Positions 9,195 through 17,771 of a stretch of DNA of 61,365 bases are shown piece by piece. The notes below the pieces were generated by a model. That model saw only the letters and a list, made by a program, of their open reading frames with translations, searched no databases and had not been told where the DNA came from. Each line of letters begins with the position of its first letter. The first letter of the stretch is position 1. Both the position numbers and the translations under genes were made by a program. Source of the DNA: a virus (Duplodnaviria > Caudoviricetes); IMG/VR virus record IMGVR_UViG_3300022752_000071, positions 1 through 61,365 of that record; one strand, given 5' to 3'.

Positions 9195-9228
9195 TGGACA
9201 CACCTATCGCGAAGTGGCTAAGGTGCGA
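9195..9228 (+). promoter_or_regulatory. Promoter of the rightward operon
   Basis: TGGACA-N18-TAAGGTgcga, similar to promoters at 53052 and 60157. Confidence 0.55.
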
Positions 9229-9241
9229 GGTGGAGGTGCCC

Positions 9242-9391
9242 ATGCCCGGTGAAGGCGGAAAAGGCAAAGGCGTCGTGACGCAGAAGAAGGGCGAGGGGTC
9301 GAAGGGGCCGAAGCTCGTCGCGGGTCGGACGACGAAGGAACTTCGCAAGAAGCTTTCTCGTGCGAAGGAGAAGCGGGAGCGCGTTAGGTGA
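9242..9391 (+). CDS. Small Lys/Arg-rich protein (49 aa)
   Basis: GGAGGT RBS; GTGA overlap with next gene. Confidence 0.65.
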   Translation: MPGEGGKGKGVVTQKKGEGSKGPKLVAGRTTKELRKKLSRAKEKRERVR

Positions 9392-10050
9392 AGCTGGCCG
9401 CGCTCGACCGCGCCATCGAGAAGGTGAAGGACCGCGAGGTGCTCGTGTCCTTCAGCGGTGGCAAGGACTCGTGGATCGTGCTCGACATTTGCTCGCGGTA
9501 CGCGAAGCGGTTCGAGGCGTTCTTCATGTACGTCGTGCCGGATCTTGAATCCGTGCAGGAGCAGATGGATCTGGCCGAAGCGCGTTACGGCATCCGGGTG
9601 CGGCACTATCCGCATTGGATGCGGGCGGCGTACATGCGCGAGGGGGTGATGTGCTTCGAGAAGGCGGACGCGCCGCACTTGGCGATCAACGACATCTATG
9701 CGCTCGCGCGAGCGGACGCGGGGATTGAGCTTGTCGGCCACGGTGCCAAGCGTGCCGATTCGGTTTGGCGAGCCCAAAGCGGGGCGAACAAGTTCAAGAA
9801 GGACGATGTGGTTGCGCCGCTCTGGGATTGGACCAGCCGAGACGTGATGGCGTACCTTGCGATGCGAAAACTGCCGATCCCACCGAGCACGAATCAGCGG
9901 GTGAACGGGATCGGTCTCGACACGGAAACGGTTTGTTGGCTCTATGACCTCTATCCAAACGACTTCAAAAAACTCGAAGAAGCGTTCCCGTTCTGCGGAG
10001 CCATCATCGAGCGACGACGCCTTTTCGGCATCGGCCCCAGCTACGCTTGA
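9388..10050 (+). CDS. PAPS-reductase-family (PP-loop) protein
   Basis: VSFSGGKDS, G.KRADS..R, PLWDWT..DV..YL. Confidence 0.85.
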   Translation: MKLAALDRAIEKVKDREVLVSFSGGKDSWIVLDICSRYAKRFEAFFMYVVPDLESVQEQMDLAEARYGIRVRHYPHWMRAAYMREGVMCFEKADAPHLAINDIYALARADAGIELVGHGAKRADSVWRAQSGANKFKKDDVVAPLWDWTSRDVMAYLAMRKLPIPPSTNQRVNGIGLDTETVCWLYDLYPNDFKKLEEAFPFCGAIIERRRLFGIGPSYA

Positions 10051-10843
10051 AGACGCGCAGCGGCACGCTTCCGAGCGGTACGAGATCGTCGAGATCCATC
10101 GTTCGCAGATTGTCGAAGCCGACTACAATCCGCGGTACATCACTGAAGATGCGCGGCGCAGGCTGAAGAAGGCGATTGAGAAGGTTGGTCTTCTCGCGCC
10201 GATCACGTGGAATCGCCGAACGGGTCGTGTTGTTGGTGGGCATCAGCGCCTTCGCGCGCTCGACACCATCAACGGAAACCGCGATTACGTGCTTCGCGTG
10301 GCGGCGGTGGACATGGACGATGCGGAGGAGAAGGCGGCGAACCTTCTTCTCAACAACGCCGAAGCACAAGGCGAGTGGGATCTGGAGAAACTCGGCGAGA
10401 TGCTGAAAGCCCCGGATCTCGATTTGATGATTGCCGGCTTCGATGCGTCCGATGTTTTCAAGATCGTCGGCGACACGGCGACCGACACGGTGCTTGCGGA
10501 GATTGCCGACCGCGTCGAGCAGGTCAAGCAGGCACGAGACAACACCGCCAAGCACAACAACACGACGCACTCGTCGCATTGGTTTTTGGTTGTCGTCTTC
10601 CGTGACGATGAGGAGCGTCTCGCGTTTACCGAGCGCGCGGGTTTGCCGAACAACCGCTACGTCGATGGTCGGCAGCTTGCCGCGCTTTTGCCCGAACGTG
10701 CGGCAACGCAAGAGGACGAAGAGGATTTGCAGTTGGCCGAGGTGCCTACCGAGGAGTTGCGCGCGGTCCTCGAAGACCCAGAACTCGAAGACGATCTGCG
10801 AGAAGACATTCTGGCAGAGTTGAACAAGCGAGGTGAGGCATGA
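9944..10843 (+). CDS. ParB/Srx N-terminal domain protein
   Basis: ADYNPR, GLLAPITWN.RTG.VVGGHQRL, LN...GEWD. Confidence 0.85.
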   Translation: MTSIQTTSKNSKKRSRSAEPSSSDDAFSASAPATLEDAQRHASERYEIVEIHRSQIVEADYNPRYITEDARRRLKKAIEKVGLLAPITWNRRTGRVVGGHQRLRALDTINGNRDYVLRVAAVDMDDAEEKAANLLLNNAEAQGEWDLEKLGEMLKAPDLDLMIAGFDASDVFKIVGDTATDTVLAEIADRVEQVKQARDNTAKHNNTTHSSHWFLVVVFRDDEERLAFTERAGLPNNRYVDGRQLAALLPERAATQEDEEDLQLAEVPTEELRAVLEDPELEDDLREDILAELNKRGEA

Positions 10844-11445
10844 CGGCTTCCGCGGTCGACCGGTTCAAGTCGCTGCTCTACACCAAGCAGGACATTGCCA
10901 CGCACGAGAGCATCACGCCCGCGGTGGGGACAAGCGGGCCAGACGAGCCGGTTCGTCCGCCGGCAGCGCCGGCCGTGGTGAAGATGACGCCGGGCGAGCA
11001 CAAGGCGCGGCTGAAGTACACGACCGAACTCGGGCAGAAGATTCTGTCGGTGATGCAGGCGGGCAACACGCGCGAGGTGGCGTGTGCCTCCGCGGGGGTC
11101 GACATTCGGACGTTTACGATTTGGGCGCGGCTCGCGAACGAAGGCGAGGAACCTTTCGCGTCGTTTTTCGATCAGGTGGATCGGACGGAGGCGGGACTGG
11201 AAGCAGTCCTCGTCGCCATCATCCGGCAGAAGGCGCAGGACGACCCGAACATGGCGTTCCGTCTTTTGGAGCGGCGCTTCCCGCAGCGATGGGCACCGGG
11301 CGTTCAACCCGCGGTGAACATCAACATGGGGCAGCAGAATCAGATGACGCCGGCGGACGCGCGGCAGGTCATGCGGAACTTGTTCGGCGATCTGTCGCCG
11401 AAGAAGGTCATCGAAGCGCCGACGAACGAGCCCGAAGAGCCGTGA
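10840..11445 (+). CDS. Putative terminase small subunit
   Basis: HTH-like region (ACASAGVDIRTF..W), LERRFP..W; directly before TerL. Confidence 0.65.
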   Translation: MTASAVDRFKSLLYTKQDIATHESITPAVGTSGPDEPVRPPAAPAVVKMTPGEHKARLKYTTELGQKILSVMQAGNTREVACASAGVDIRTFTIWARLANEGEEPFASFFDQVDRTEAGLEAVLVAIIRQKAQDDPNMAFRLLERRFPQRWAPGVQPAVNINMGQQNQMTPADARQVMRNLFGDLSPKKVIEAPTNEPEEP

Positions 11446-12761
11446 TTTCCCCGGACGCGCCGCTTTCGGAAAACGCACGCCGCGCCCTGGACGCACTAAG
11501 CGCGCTGCCGGAGAACGAATGTCGAGCGATTCAGCTTTGGCTTTCGACGTTCTACCGCTTTCAGTTGGAGTGGCTGCTCGACTTCACCCGCTTCGCGCTG
11601 ATTCTCAAAAGTCGGCAGATTGGGTGTTCACACACCATCGCGGCGGCGAGCGTTCTTTGGGCGATGCTTGGAGAGACAACGACCATCATCTCTCTTGGTC
11701 AGCGCGAGGCCGACGAGGTGCTCGACAAGGCGAGCAAGCACGCGCAGGCACTCACTCAGCTAGGCTCGACGTGGGCGCAAGCCAAGCGGGCGAAGAGCAA
11801 GGAACTGGAACTGATGACAGGCGGACGGATCATGTCGCTGCCGAACAGCAGCGCGGGTCGTTCGTTCAGCGGCAACGTCATTCTTGACGAGGTGGCGTAT
11901 TACGACCGACCGGAGGAAGTCTGGGACGGTGCGGGCGGCACAGCACTTCACGGCTACCGAATCCGCGTGTTGAGTACGCCGAACGGCGCGGGCGATTTCT
12001 GGTACGGGCTTTGGTCCGACCCGAAGCAGCATCAGGGCTACACCAAGCACATGGTGACGCTCGATGACGCCATCGCCGACGGGATGCCGGTCAACATCGA
12101 GGATTGCTGGAAGCTCGCGCGAGGTGATGGGCGAGTGTTCGGGCAGTTGTTCCGTTGCGAGTTCATCAACAGCGCGCAGCAGTACATTCCGAGTGAAGCT
12201 CTGTACTCCTGCGCGGTGGACGACACGTACAGCTACGACGGGATTTGCTACGCCGGGATGGATCTTGGGCGTGTGAACGACCGAACCGAACTCGTCATCG
12301 TGAAGAAGGACTTCCGTGGCATCCGGTGGATGCAGTACGCGGAGAACGCCAAGCGGACGGCGTACGAGGACATCGAGAGGTTCGCGGCGCTCGCGTTCAG
12401 CCCGACATGGAACGTCAAGCGACTCTGCATCGACGCAACGGGTATGGGTGCTTTCCCGGCAGAACGGCTTCAGAAGCGGTTCGGTCGGTCGCGAGTCGAG
12501 CCGGTGACGTTCACCGCGCAGTCCAAAGAGGACTTGGCGACGGGTTTGTATTCGGCGTTCACCGAGCAGACCGTGAGAATCCCGGCGAACGACAAGCTTT
12601 TGATGACCGATTTGTCGTCGATTCGGCGAATCGTGACGAGCGCGGGGAATGTGCGCTACGATGCCCCACAGACCGACGACGGTCACGGAGACCGGGCGTG
12701 GGCACTCGCGCTAGCACTCCACGCTTGCAGCGGGCCAGATCGGCGGCGTCACGAGGTTTGA
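11442..12761 (+). CDS. terL: Terminase large subunit (Mu-like)
   Basis: KSRQIG, VILDE, STPNG, GMDLGR..D, DATGMG, HGD..WALALA; GTG at 11442. Confidence 0.92.
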   Translation: MISPDAPLSENARRALDALSALPENECRAIQLWLSTFYRFQLEWLLDFTRFALILKSRQIGCSHTIAAASVLWAMLGETTTIISLGQREADEVLDKASKHAQALTQLGSTWAQAKRAKSKELELMTGGRIMSLPNSSAGRSFSGNVILDEVAYYDRPEEVWDGAGGTALHGYRIRVLSTPNGAGDFWYGLWSDPKQHQGYTKHMVTLDDAIADGMPVNIEDCWKLARGDGRVFGQLFRCEFINSAQQYIPSEALYSCAVDDTYSYDGICYAGMDLGRVNDRTELVIVKKDFRGIRWMQYAENAKRTAYEDIERFAALAFSPTWNVKRLCIDATGMGAFPAERLQKRFGRSRVEPVTFTAQSKEDLATGLYSAFTEQTVRIPANDKLLMTDLSSIRRIVTSAGNVRYDAPQTDDGHGDRAWALALALHACSGPDRRRHEV

Positions 12762-14168
12762 ATGTATCACGGGCAGAATTTGACGAGCATGGACGGCTAC
12801 GCGCAGGCCGCGGAGCTTATCGCCGAGCATCTTTCGCCTCGTTCGCAGCGCATGGCGAATCTGGAGCGGTACGTAGACGGCACGCAGTACGCCGGCAGGC
12901 CGGAGTTCTTCGACCGTTCGGTACCGCTTTGGCACCGTGCGCCGTGCATCGTCTATCCGCTGGTTCGAAACGCCATCGCCTCGAACACCGACTTGGTGTT
13001 GGGGGAGACGCGATGGCCGCGAATCACCAGCCGGCCTAGCGAGGATGATCGAGGCGTCGACATTTCGGGGCTGTCGGCGGAAGAGTCCGCCCTGATCGAC
13101 AAGTTCATCTGCGAAGTGGAAAGGCAGTCGCGGTTTCACGCGGCGATTCGCGAAGCGTTCAATGCCGCGCAGGGCTGCGGCAGCGCAGTGCTCATCCACG
13201 GCGTTCGTGGCGGGCAGTTGTTCATCGACTCGACCAAGGCGCGGTGGTGTGAGCCGGAGTTCGATGACGACGGCAGCGTCAAGCGGCTCGTCATCGAGTA
13301 CCCGTATTACGCGACGGTCAAAGAGCGGAACTGCTGGAAGGTCGTTCCGAAGATGTACCGCCGCGAGATCGACGACAAGAAGGACGTCGAGTTCAAGGCC
13401 GCGACGATCACGAGCGGCTACGCCGAACCGAATTGGCAGGTTCAGTCCTCTGTCGAACACGGCTTGGGTTTCTGCCCGGTCGTTTGGTATCCCTTCATGC
13501 GCGGCTGTTCGGTTGTCGACAACTACGACGGCAACGCCATCCACGAGAATCTTCTCGATGAAGTGACGGCGCTGGATTTCGCGTTGTCGATGAAGCATCG
13601 CGCGGCGCTCTACGCGGGCGATCCGCAGTGGACGGAGATCGGTGTCGAGCCCGGTTTCATGCCTTCGCAGATCGGAGACATCGTTTCGGTGCCGGCGACT
13701 TCCCGCGGCGGGCCGATCACCAGCGACAACCGCCCGACCGGCGAGTACCGACCGCAACAGCGGCAACAGGGACGCCGCAAGGGACCGGGCGAGGTGTGGC
13801 AGTACGAGTCCCCCGACGTGAAGGTGCAACTTCACACGCTGCCCGGTGACGCGCTCGCGTCGCTGGAAAACCACTGCATGGACCTTCGAATGAAACTTGC
13901 CGAGTCCCTCTCGGCGGTGTTCCTCGACGCCGACTCGATTCGCATGCGCGCCAGCGTCCTGTCGGGCAAGGCGCTCGAAGTCATTCGCGCCCGGCAGATT
14001 GACCGCTGCGAGCAGTACCGCGACGATGTGGGTTCGCGGCTGCTTCTGCCGAGCTTGCATATGCTGCTTCGCGTGTCCTACGTGATGGGGCAGCGAGGGC
14101 AGCTACGCATTCCAGCCCTGGCTTCTTCTCTCGAACTTCTGAGGCGTTCCGATGTGGCAACCCCCTAG
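12762..14168 (+). CDS. Portal protein, N-terminal part
   Basis: Position after TerL, size, HGLGFCPVVW, SGKAL. Confidence 0.8.
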   Translation: MYHGQNLTSMDGYAQAAELIAEHLSPRSQRMANLERYVDGTQYAGRPEFFDRSVPLWHRAPCIVYPLVRNAIASNTDLVLGETRWPRITSRPSEDDRGVDISGLSAEESALIDKFICEVERQSRFHAAIREAFNAAQGCGSAVLIHGVRGGQLFIDSTKARWCEPEFDDDGSVKRLVIEYPYYATVKERNCWKVVPKMYRREIDDKKDVEFKAATITSGYAEPNWQVQSSVEHGLGFCPVVWYPFMRGCSVVDNYDGNAIHENLLDEVTALDFALSMKHRAALYAGDPQWTEIGVEPGFMPSQIGDIVSVPATSRGGPITSDNRPTGEYRPQQRQQGRRKGPGEVWQYESPDVKVQLHTLPGDALASLENHCMDLRMKLAESLSAVFLDADSIRMRASVLSGKALEVIRARQIDRCEQYRDDVGSRLLLPSLHMLLRVSYVMGQRGQLRIPALASSLELLRRSDVATP

Positions 14169-14490
14169 TCTTTCTCTTGTCTGGCCTCCCTTCTTCCGGT
14201 CGGATCGGACGGAGGAGCAACAGGTCATCGCGACCGCGGCACTCGCGCTTCAGTCGAACATGATCACTCGGAGGATGGCGCTGGAGAAAATCCGCTCCGT
14301 GTATCCCTTCGAAAACATGGAAGCCGTCCTCGAACAAATCGAGGAGCAGGCCGAAGAAGCCGCCGAGCACAGCGTCGAAAAGCTGCTCTCCAAGGCAATG
14401 AAGTCCGAAGAGAAGGACGAGGCGGACGAAGATGGCGCAGCCGAGCGAAGCGGAGAGGAAGAAGACGAGGAAGCTCCAGCTAGCCGCTGA
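14152..14490 (+). CDS. Portal C-terminal-like segment in the +1 frame
   Basis: L.W...D..E, ITRRMAL, E.VLEQIEE resemble SPP1-type portal C-termini. Confidence 0.65.
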   Translation: MWQPPSLSLVWPPFFRSDRTEEQQVIATAALALQSNMITRRMALEKIRSVYPFENMEAVLEQIEEQAEEAAEHSVEKLLSKAMKSEEKDEADEDGAAERSGEEEDEEAPASR

Positions 14491-15052
14491 AGCCGTCTTC
14501 TTGCTGCTGCTCATGCGAGCAGCGAAAAAGTCCCGCGGAGCCAAAGCCGCACTCGTTCAGGCGCTTCTGGACGGGCAAATCCCTCTGCGACAACTTGCGC
14601 GCGATCGACTGCTCGTCGAATTGCGCGTCAAGAAGCCTCCGACGGGAGGGGTGTTTCGTTCGACACGCGCTCCGACCAAAGCCGAACAGCGTCGAGCGGC
14701 GTCGCTGGCTTCAAGCTTCATCGAGTTTCGAGACAAGAAACTGCGAATGGCGACGACCAGCGAACTGAAGAAGCTCGCCGAAACCGCCATCGACAGCCGA
14801 ATCCGCCTTCTCGCCGCGAACGAAGCGGTTCGTGTGTTGGAAGAGGAGCGGAGGAAAGCGGCGGAAACCGTGGTCGGCGTAGAGAAGGCGGTTGCGCTTA
14901 AGCGTTGGGATGCTTCCAACGATGCGCTAACGTGTATGGAGTGCAGCAGTTTGGACGATACGGAGATCCCGATTGAGGAAGAGTTCCCCCAAGGCGATCC
15001 GCCCTTGCATCCGAATTGCCGTTGCTCGATAGAATACAGTTTTGATAGTTAG
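14432..15052 (+). CDS. Head morphogenesis protein (MuF / SPP1 gp7-like)
   Basis: KRW....D..TC..C..LD, PPLHPNCRC. Confidence 0.85.
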   Translation: MAQPSEAERKKTRKLQLAAEAVFLLLLMRAAKKSRGAKAALVQALLDGQIPLRQLARDRLLVELRVKKPPTGGVFRSTRAPTKAEQRRAASLASSFIEFRDKKLRMATTSELKKLAETAIDSRIRLLAANEAVRVLEEERRKAAETVVGVEKAVALKRWDASNDALTCMECSSLDDTEIPIEEEFPQGDPPLHPNCRCSIEYSFDS

Positions 15053-15060
15053 GTGAAGCC

Positions 15061-15381
15061 ATGAAGCGTTGCGTTGTTTGCGGACACAAGACTCCCGGCT
15101 CCGATCTCTCGTGCATCAAGTGCGGGGAAGCGTCGTGGGCGTGGGTTGCGGATGTTGCACCGGCAGCGCCAGCGGCCGAGCCCGCACCGAAGAAGGGCGC
15201 GAAGAAAAAGGCCAAGGTCGTCGAGCCGGTTGCTCCCGCAATCAGCGATGCGGAGTTCGAGGCGGAACTCGCCGCCGCGAGCGACGACGAGTTGTTCGCG
15301 TTGTACGCAGACGAGAATTTGTCGCCAGCGTGGCTGAAGCTCATCGAGGCTGAAGTCGCGCGCCGGGATTCGCAGTCGTGA
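15061..15381 (+). CDS. Zn-ribbon hypothetical protein
   Basis: CxxC...CxxC N-terminus. Confidence 0.7.
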   Translation: MKRCVVCGHKTPGSDLSCIKCGEASWAWVADVAPAAPAAEPAPKKGAKKKAKVVEPVAPAISDAEFEAELAAASDDELFALYADENLSPAWLKLIEAEVARRDSQS

Positions 15382-15695
15382 AAGATTCACACGTTTTCGA
15401 GTTTGGCGAGCAGTTCGCTCCTCTGCCGGAGACGGCGGGGGAGCCTGTGGCAGTTCCGGCTGCCGCAGCACCCCCTTCCGTTGAACTCAATTCGAAGCCG
15501 CAAGTCGCTACGGCGCTTCAGCCCATGTCCACTCAACAACTGGTTCGTGACTTGAAGCGGCGATTGCGATACGTCGAGAGCGAAATCAAGGCGCGCAAGC
15601 ACCTTGAGAAAGAACGAGATCAGATTCGGCGGCTACTGAAAGCCGCGAAACTTGAACAGGCTACAGTCCACGCGATCAAACGCGCGGCTGGTTGA
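15378..15695 (+). CDS. Hypothetical coiled-coil protein
   Basis: Coupled ORF. Confidence 0.65.
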   Translation: MKDSHVFEFGEQFAPLPETAGEPVAVPAAAAPPSVELNSKPQVATALQPMSTQQLVRDLKRRLRYVESEIKARKHLEKERDQIRRLLKAAKLEQATVHAIKRAAG

Positions 15696-15706
15696 GGAGA
15701 AATCAC

Positions 15707-16096
15707 ATGGCAGTCATCGCTGGTACGATTCGGGGTCTTCAGTGCGTCGGTCGCTCGTTCTCGGGCATCGGCTCGCGTGAGGCTTGGTTCATCACTGTGG
15801 ACTTCGGTGCGTACACCGGAGCCGCCGACACCGCGTCGCTCGCTGGCGTCGGTGCGGCCATCGACGCGACGGCGCGCGACGGCAAGGCTTCGACGCTCCG
15901 CGCCGGAAGCTGCATCCTCGCGGGTGCGGACACGAACAAGCAGGCGGTCTACTTCACCGGCACCGCTGTTCAGGCGCTCACCGTGTCGTCGGACAGCCTT
16001 ACTGGTCAGCTTTCGGCCGCGGACGGCACCGAGGTCACGACCTCGACCGCTCTCGACAGCGAGCTTGGCATCATCGCGGTCGTCGACCGCGCCTGA
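15707..16096 (+). CDS. Hypothetical, possible virion protein
   Basis: GAGGAG RBS; A/T/G-rich composition. Confidence 0.7.
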   Translation: MAVIAGTIRGLQCVGRSFSGIGSREAWFITVDFGAYTGAADTASLAGVGAAIDATARDGKASTLRAGSCILAGADTNKQAVYFTGTAVQALTVSSDSLTGQLSAADGTEVTTSTALDSELGIIAVVDRA

Positions 16097-16117
16097 TTCT
16101 AATCGGGAGGCGTCGCC

Positions 16118-16408
16118 GTGGCAGGGAAGTTCAAGAAGCTCGTGGACAAAAGCCGCGTGAAGCTTGGCAAACCCATGCCCGGCGACGTCAAGAAGTTCAA
16201 GGTGTTCGTCAAGAACGCCAAGGGCAACGTCGTCAAAGTGAACTTCGGCGACAAAAACATGGAGATTCGTCGCGACGACCCAAAGCGTCGCGCGAACTTC
16301 CGCGCTCGCCACAACTGTGCAACGGCCACCGATCGGACCACTCCGCGGTACTGGTCTTGCCGGATGTGGAGCAAAAAGCCGGTTTCCGCTATTCTGCGTA
16401 GCAAGTAA
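16118..16408 (+). CDS. Small basic conserved viral protein
   Basis: KKF.V.VKN..GNV.KVNFG, RR.NFRARHNC, RYWSCR.W. Confidence 0.8.
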   Translation: MAGKFKKLVDKSRVKLGKPMPGDVKKFKVFVKNAKGNVVKVNFGDKNMEIRRDDPKRRANFRARHNCATATDRTTPRYWSCRMWSKKPVSAILRSK

Positions 16409-16411
16409 CCA

Positions 16412-16828
16412 ATGTCCGTCGCGAAAAAGACCAAGCCGAAGATGTGGAGCAACATCGTTGCTTCCGTTAAATCGGGCGCAAAAGGCGGAAAGCCTGGGCA
16501 GTGGTCTGCGCGAAAGGCGCAACTTGCGGTTGCTCGCTACAAGCAGGCAGGTGGCGGCTACGTCGGGGCGAAGAGCGCGAGCAACGCGCTTTCCCGTTGG
16601 ACCAAGCAGAAGTGGCGCACCAAGAGCGGAAAGCCTTCGCTTCAGACGGGCGAGCGGTATTTGCCCGAAGCCGCTATCAAGAAGCTCTCGCCGCAAGAGT
16701 ACGCGGCCACCACGCGCGCGAAGCGTGAGGGGATGAAGCGCGGACAACAGTTCGTCTCACAGCCCTCGAAGATCGCACAGAAGACCAAACGCTTTCGGCG
16801 GTTGACCGCAAAGCAGAAAGGCGAATGA
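16412..16828 (+). CDS. Basic protein, DUF5872-like
   Basis: KGGKPGQWSARKAQL...Y...GGGY.G, WT.Q.W.T, ERYLP. Confidence 0.75.
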   Translation: MSVAKKTKPKMWSNIVASVKSGAKGGKPGQWSARKAQLAVARYKQAGGGYVGAKSASNALSRWTKQKWRTKSGKPSLQTGERYLPEAAIKKLSPQEYAATTRAKREGMKRGQQFVSQPSKIAQKTKRFRRLTAKQKGE

Positions 16829-16998
16829 CCGTGAAGATGCCCAAACTCGGTACCGGCAAGCGTTTCGAGATGCTCACGAAGAGCCTTTCGGCCAAGGGAG
16901 CAGAAGACCCCAAGGCGCTCGCGGCGTACATTGGTCGCAAGAAGTACGGGGCCAAGAAGTTCGCCAAGCTGGCAGCGAAAGGTCGCGCCGGCAAGTAA
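16825..16998 (+). CDS. Small basic protein (57 aa, not in ORF track)
   Basis: MTVKMPKLGTGKRF...DPKALAAYIGRKKYGAKKF; ATGA overlap. Confidence 0.75.
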   Translation: MTVKMPKLGTGKRFEMLTKSLSAKGAEDPKALAAYIGRKKYGAKKFAKLAAKGRAGK

Positions 16999-17065
16999 AC
17001 CAAACTACGTTCCCTAACTCCTCGCCTCACCGAGCGTTATCGGGTGTATCGGAAAGAAGGGAATC

Positions 17066-17722
17066 ATGTCACGTATTCAGCACACTCCTACGACTGTCGA
17101 ATCTCCCATGCCCGTTGAAGCACCACAGCAGACTGAGCCCGTCGCCGCTCCGGCGAACGTGGCCGAGGTGCGTCTCACGAGCGCGCAACTGAAAGAGCGC
17201 CTCGATGAGACTCGCGCTGCTGCGGAGCGTCGCGTGCTCGCGGAACTCGGCGTCGAGGATCTCGACAAGGCGAAGCAGTTGCTTTCCAAAGCGGCTCCTC
17301 GCACCGACGAGAAGTGGTCGCAACTTGAGAGCACGGCATCTCAGCAGGCCGAGAAGCTTGCTGAAATGGAAGCGATGCTCGCGGCGATGACGAGTGAGCG
17401 TGCAGCAAACACGCTTTCGGCTCTTCCTGAGCAGGCACGCCAAGCGATTGAGCAAGCCACCGACGACGCCGAGGAGCGCATCGCGCTCGCGCAGGTGTTC
17501 CAGGCGGCGGGTGTTCTTTCGCCTGCGACGCCTCCCGCTGCCGCGCCTACCGCTCCGGTCGCACCCGTTGCGGTTTCCACCGCACTGCCGCGTTCGGCTC
17601 CGGTCGACGCGAGCACCAGTCCGCCCAACCGCAAAGACGAGTATGATCGTCTCAAGCGGGAGAACCCTATCGCGGCGGCGCACTATCTCTCGCGGTTCAG
17701 CCGCGAAATTTTCCCCGGATGA
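17066..17722 (+). CDS. Capsid scaffolding protein
   Basis: Helical with Pro-rich linker, directly before the capsid gene. Confidence 0.7.
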   Translation: MSRIQHTPTTVESPMPVEAPQQTEPVAAPANVAEVRLTSAQLKERLDETRAAAERRVLAELGVEDLDKAKQLLSKAAPRTDEKWSQLESTASQQAEKLAEMEAMLAAMTSERAANTLSALPEQARQAIEQATDDAEERIALAQVFQAAGVLSPATPPAAAPTAPVAPVAVSTALPRSAPVDASTSPPNRKDEYDRLKRENPIAAAHYLSRFSREIFPG

Positions 17723-17771
17723 TTCGATTTCGGGGAGCCTGACCTGACACCAACTAACAAGGATCACCGAA

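Noticed and set aside
9965-9973. Frameshift fusing the PAPS-like and ParB-like genes at the A run
   Set aside because: The A AAA AAC heptamer is not in the right phase, and a -1 slip would not reach the ParB frame.
10833-11441. N-terminal extension of TerL in the ORF track (642 aa)
   Set aside because: Shadow frame over terS; GTG at 11442 overlapping the terS stop is the better start.
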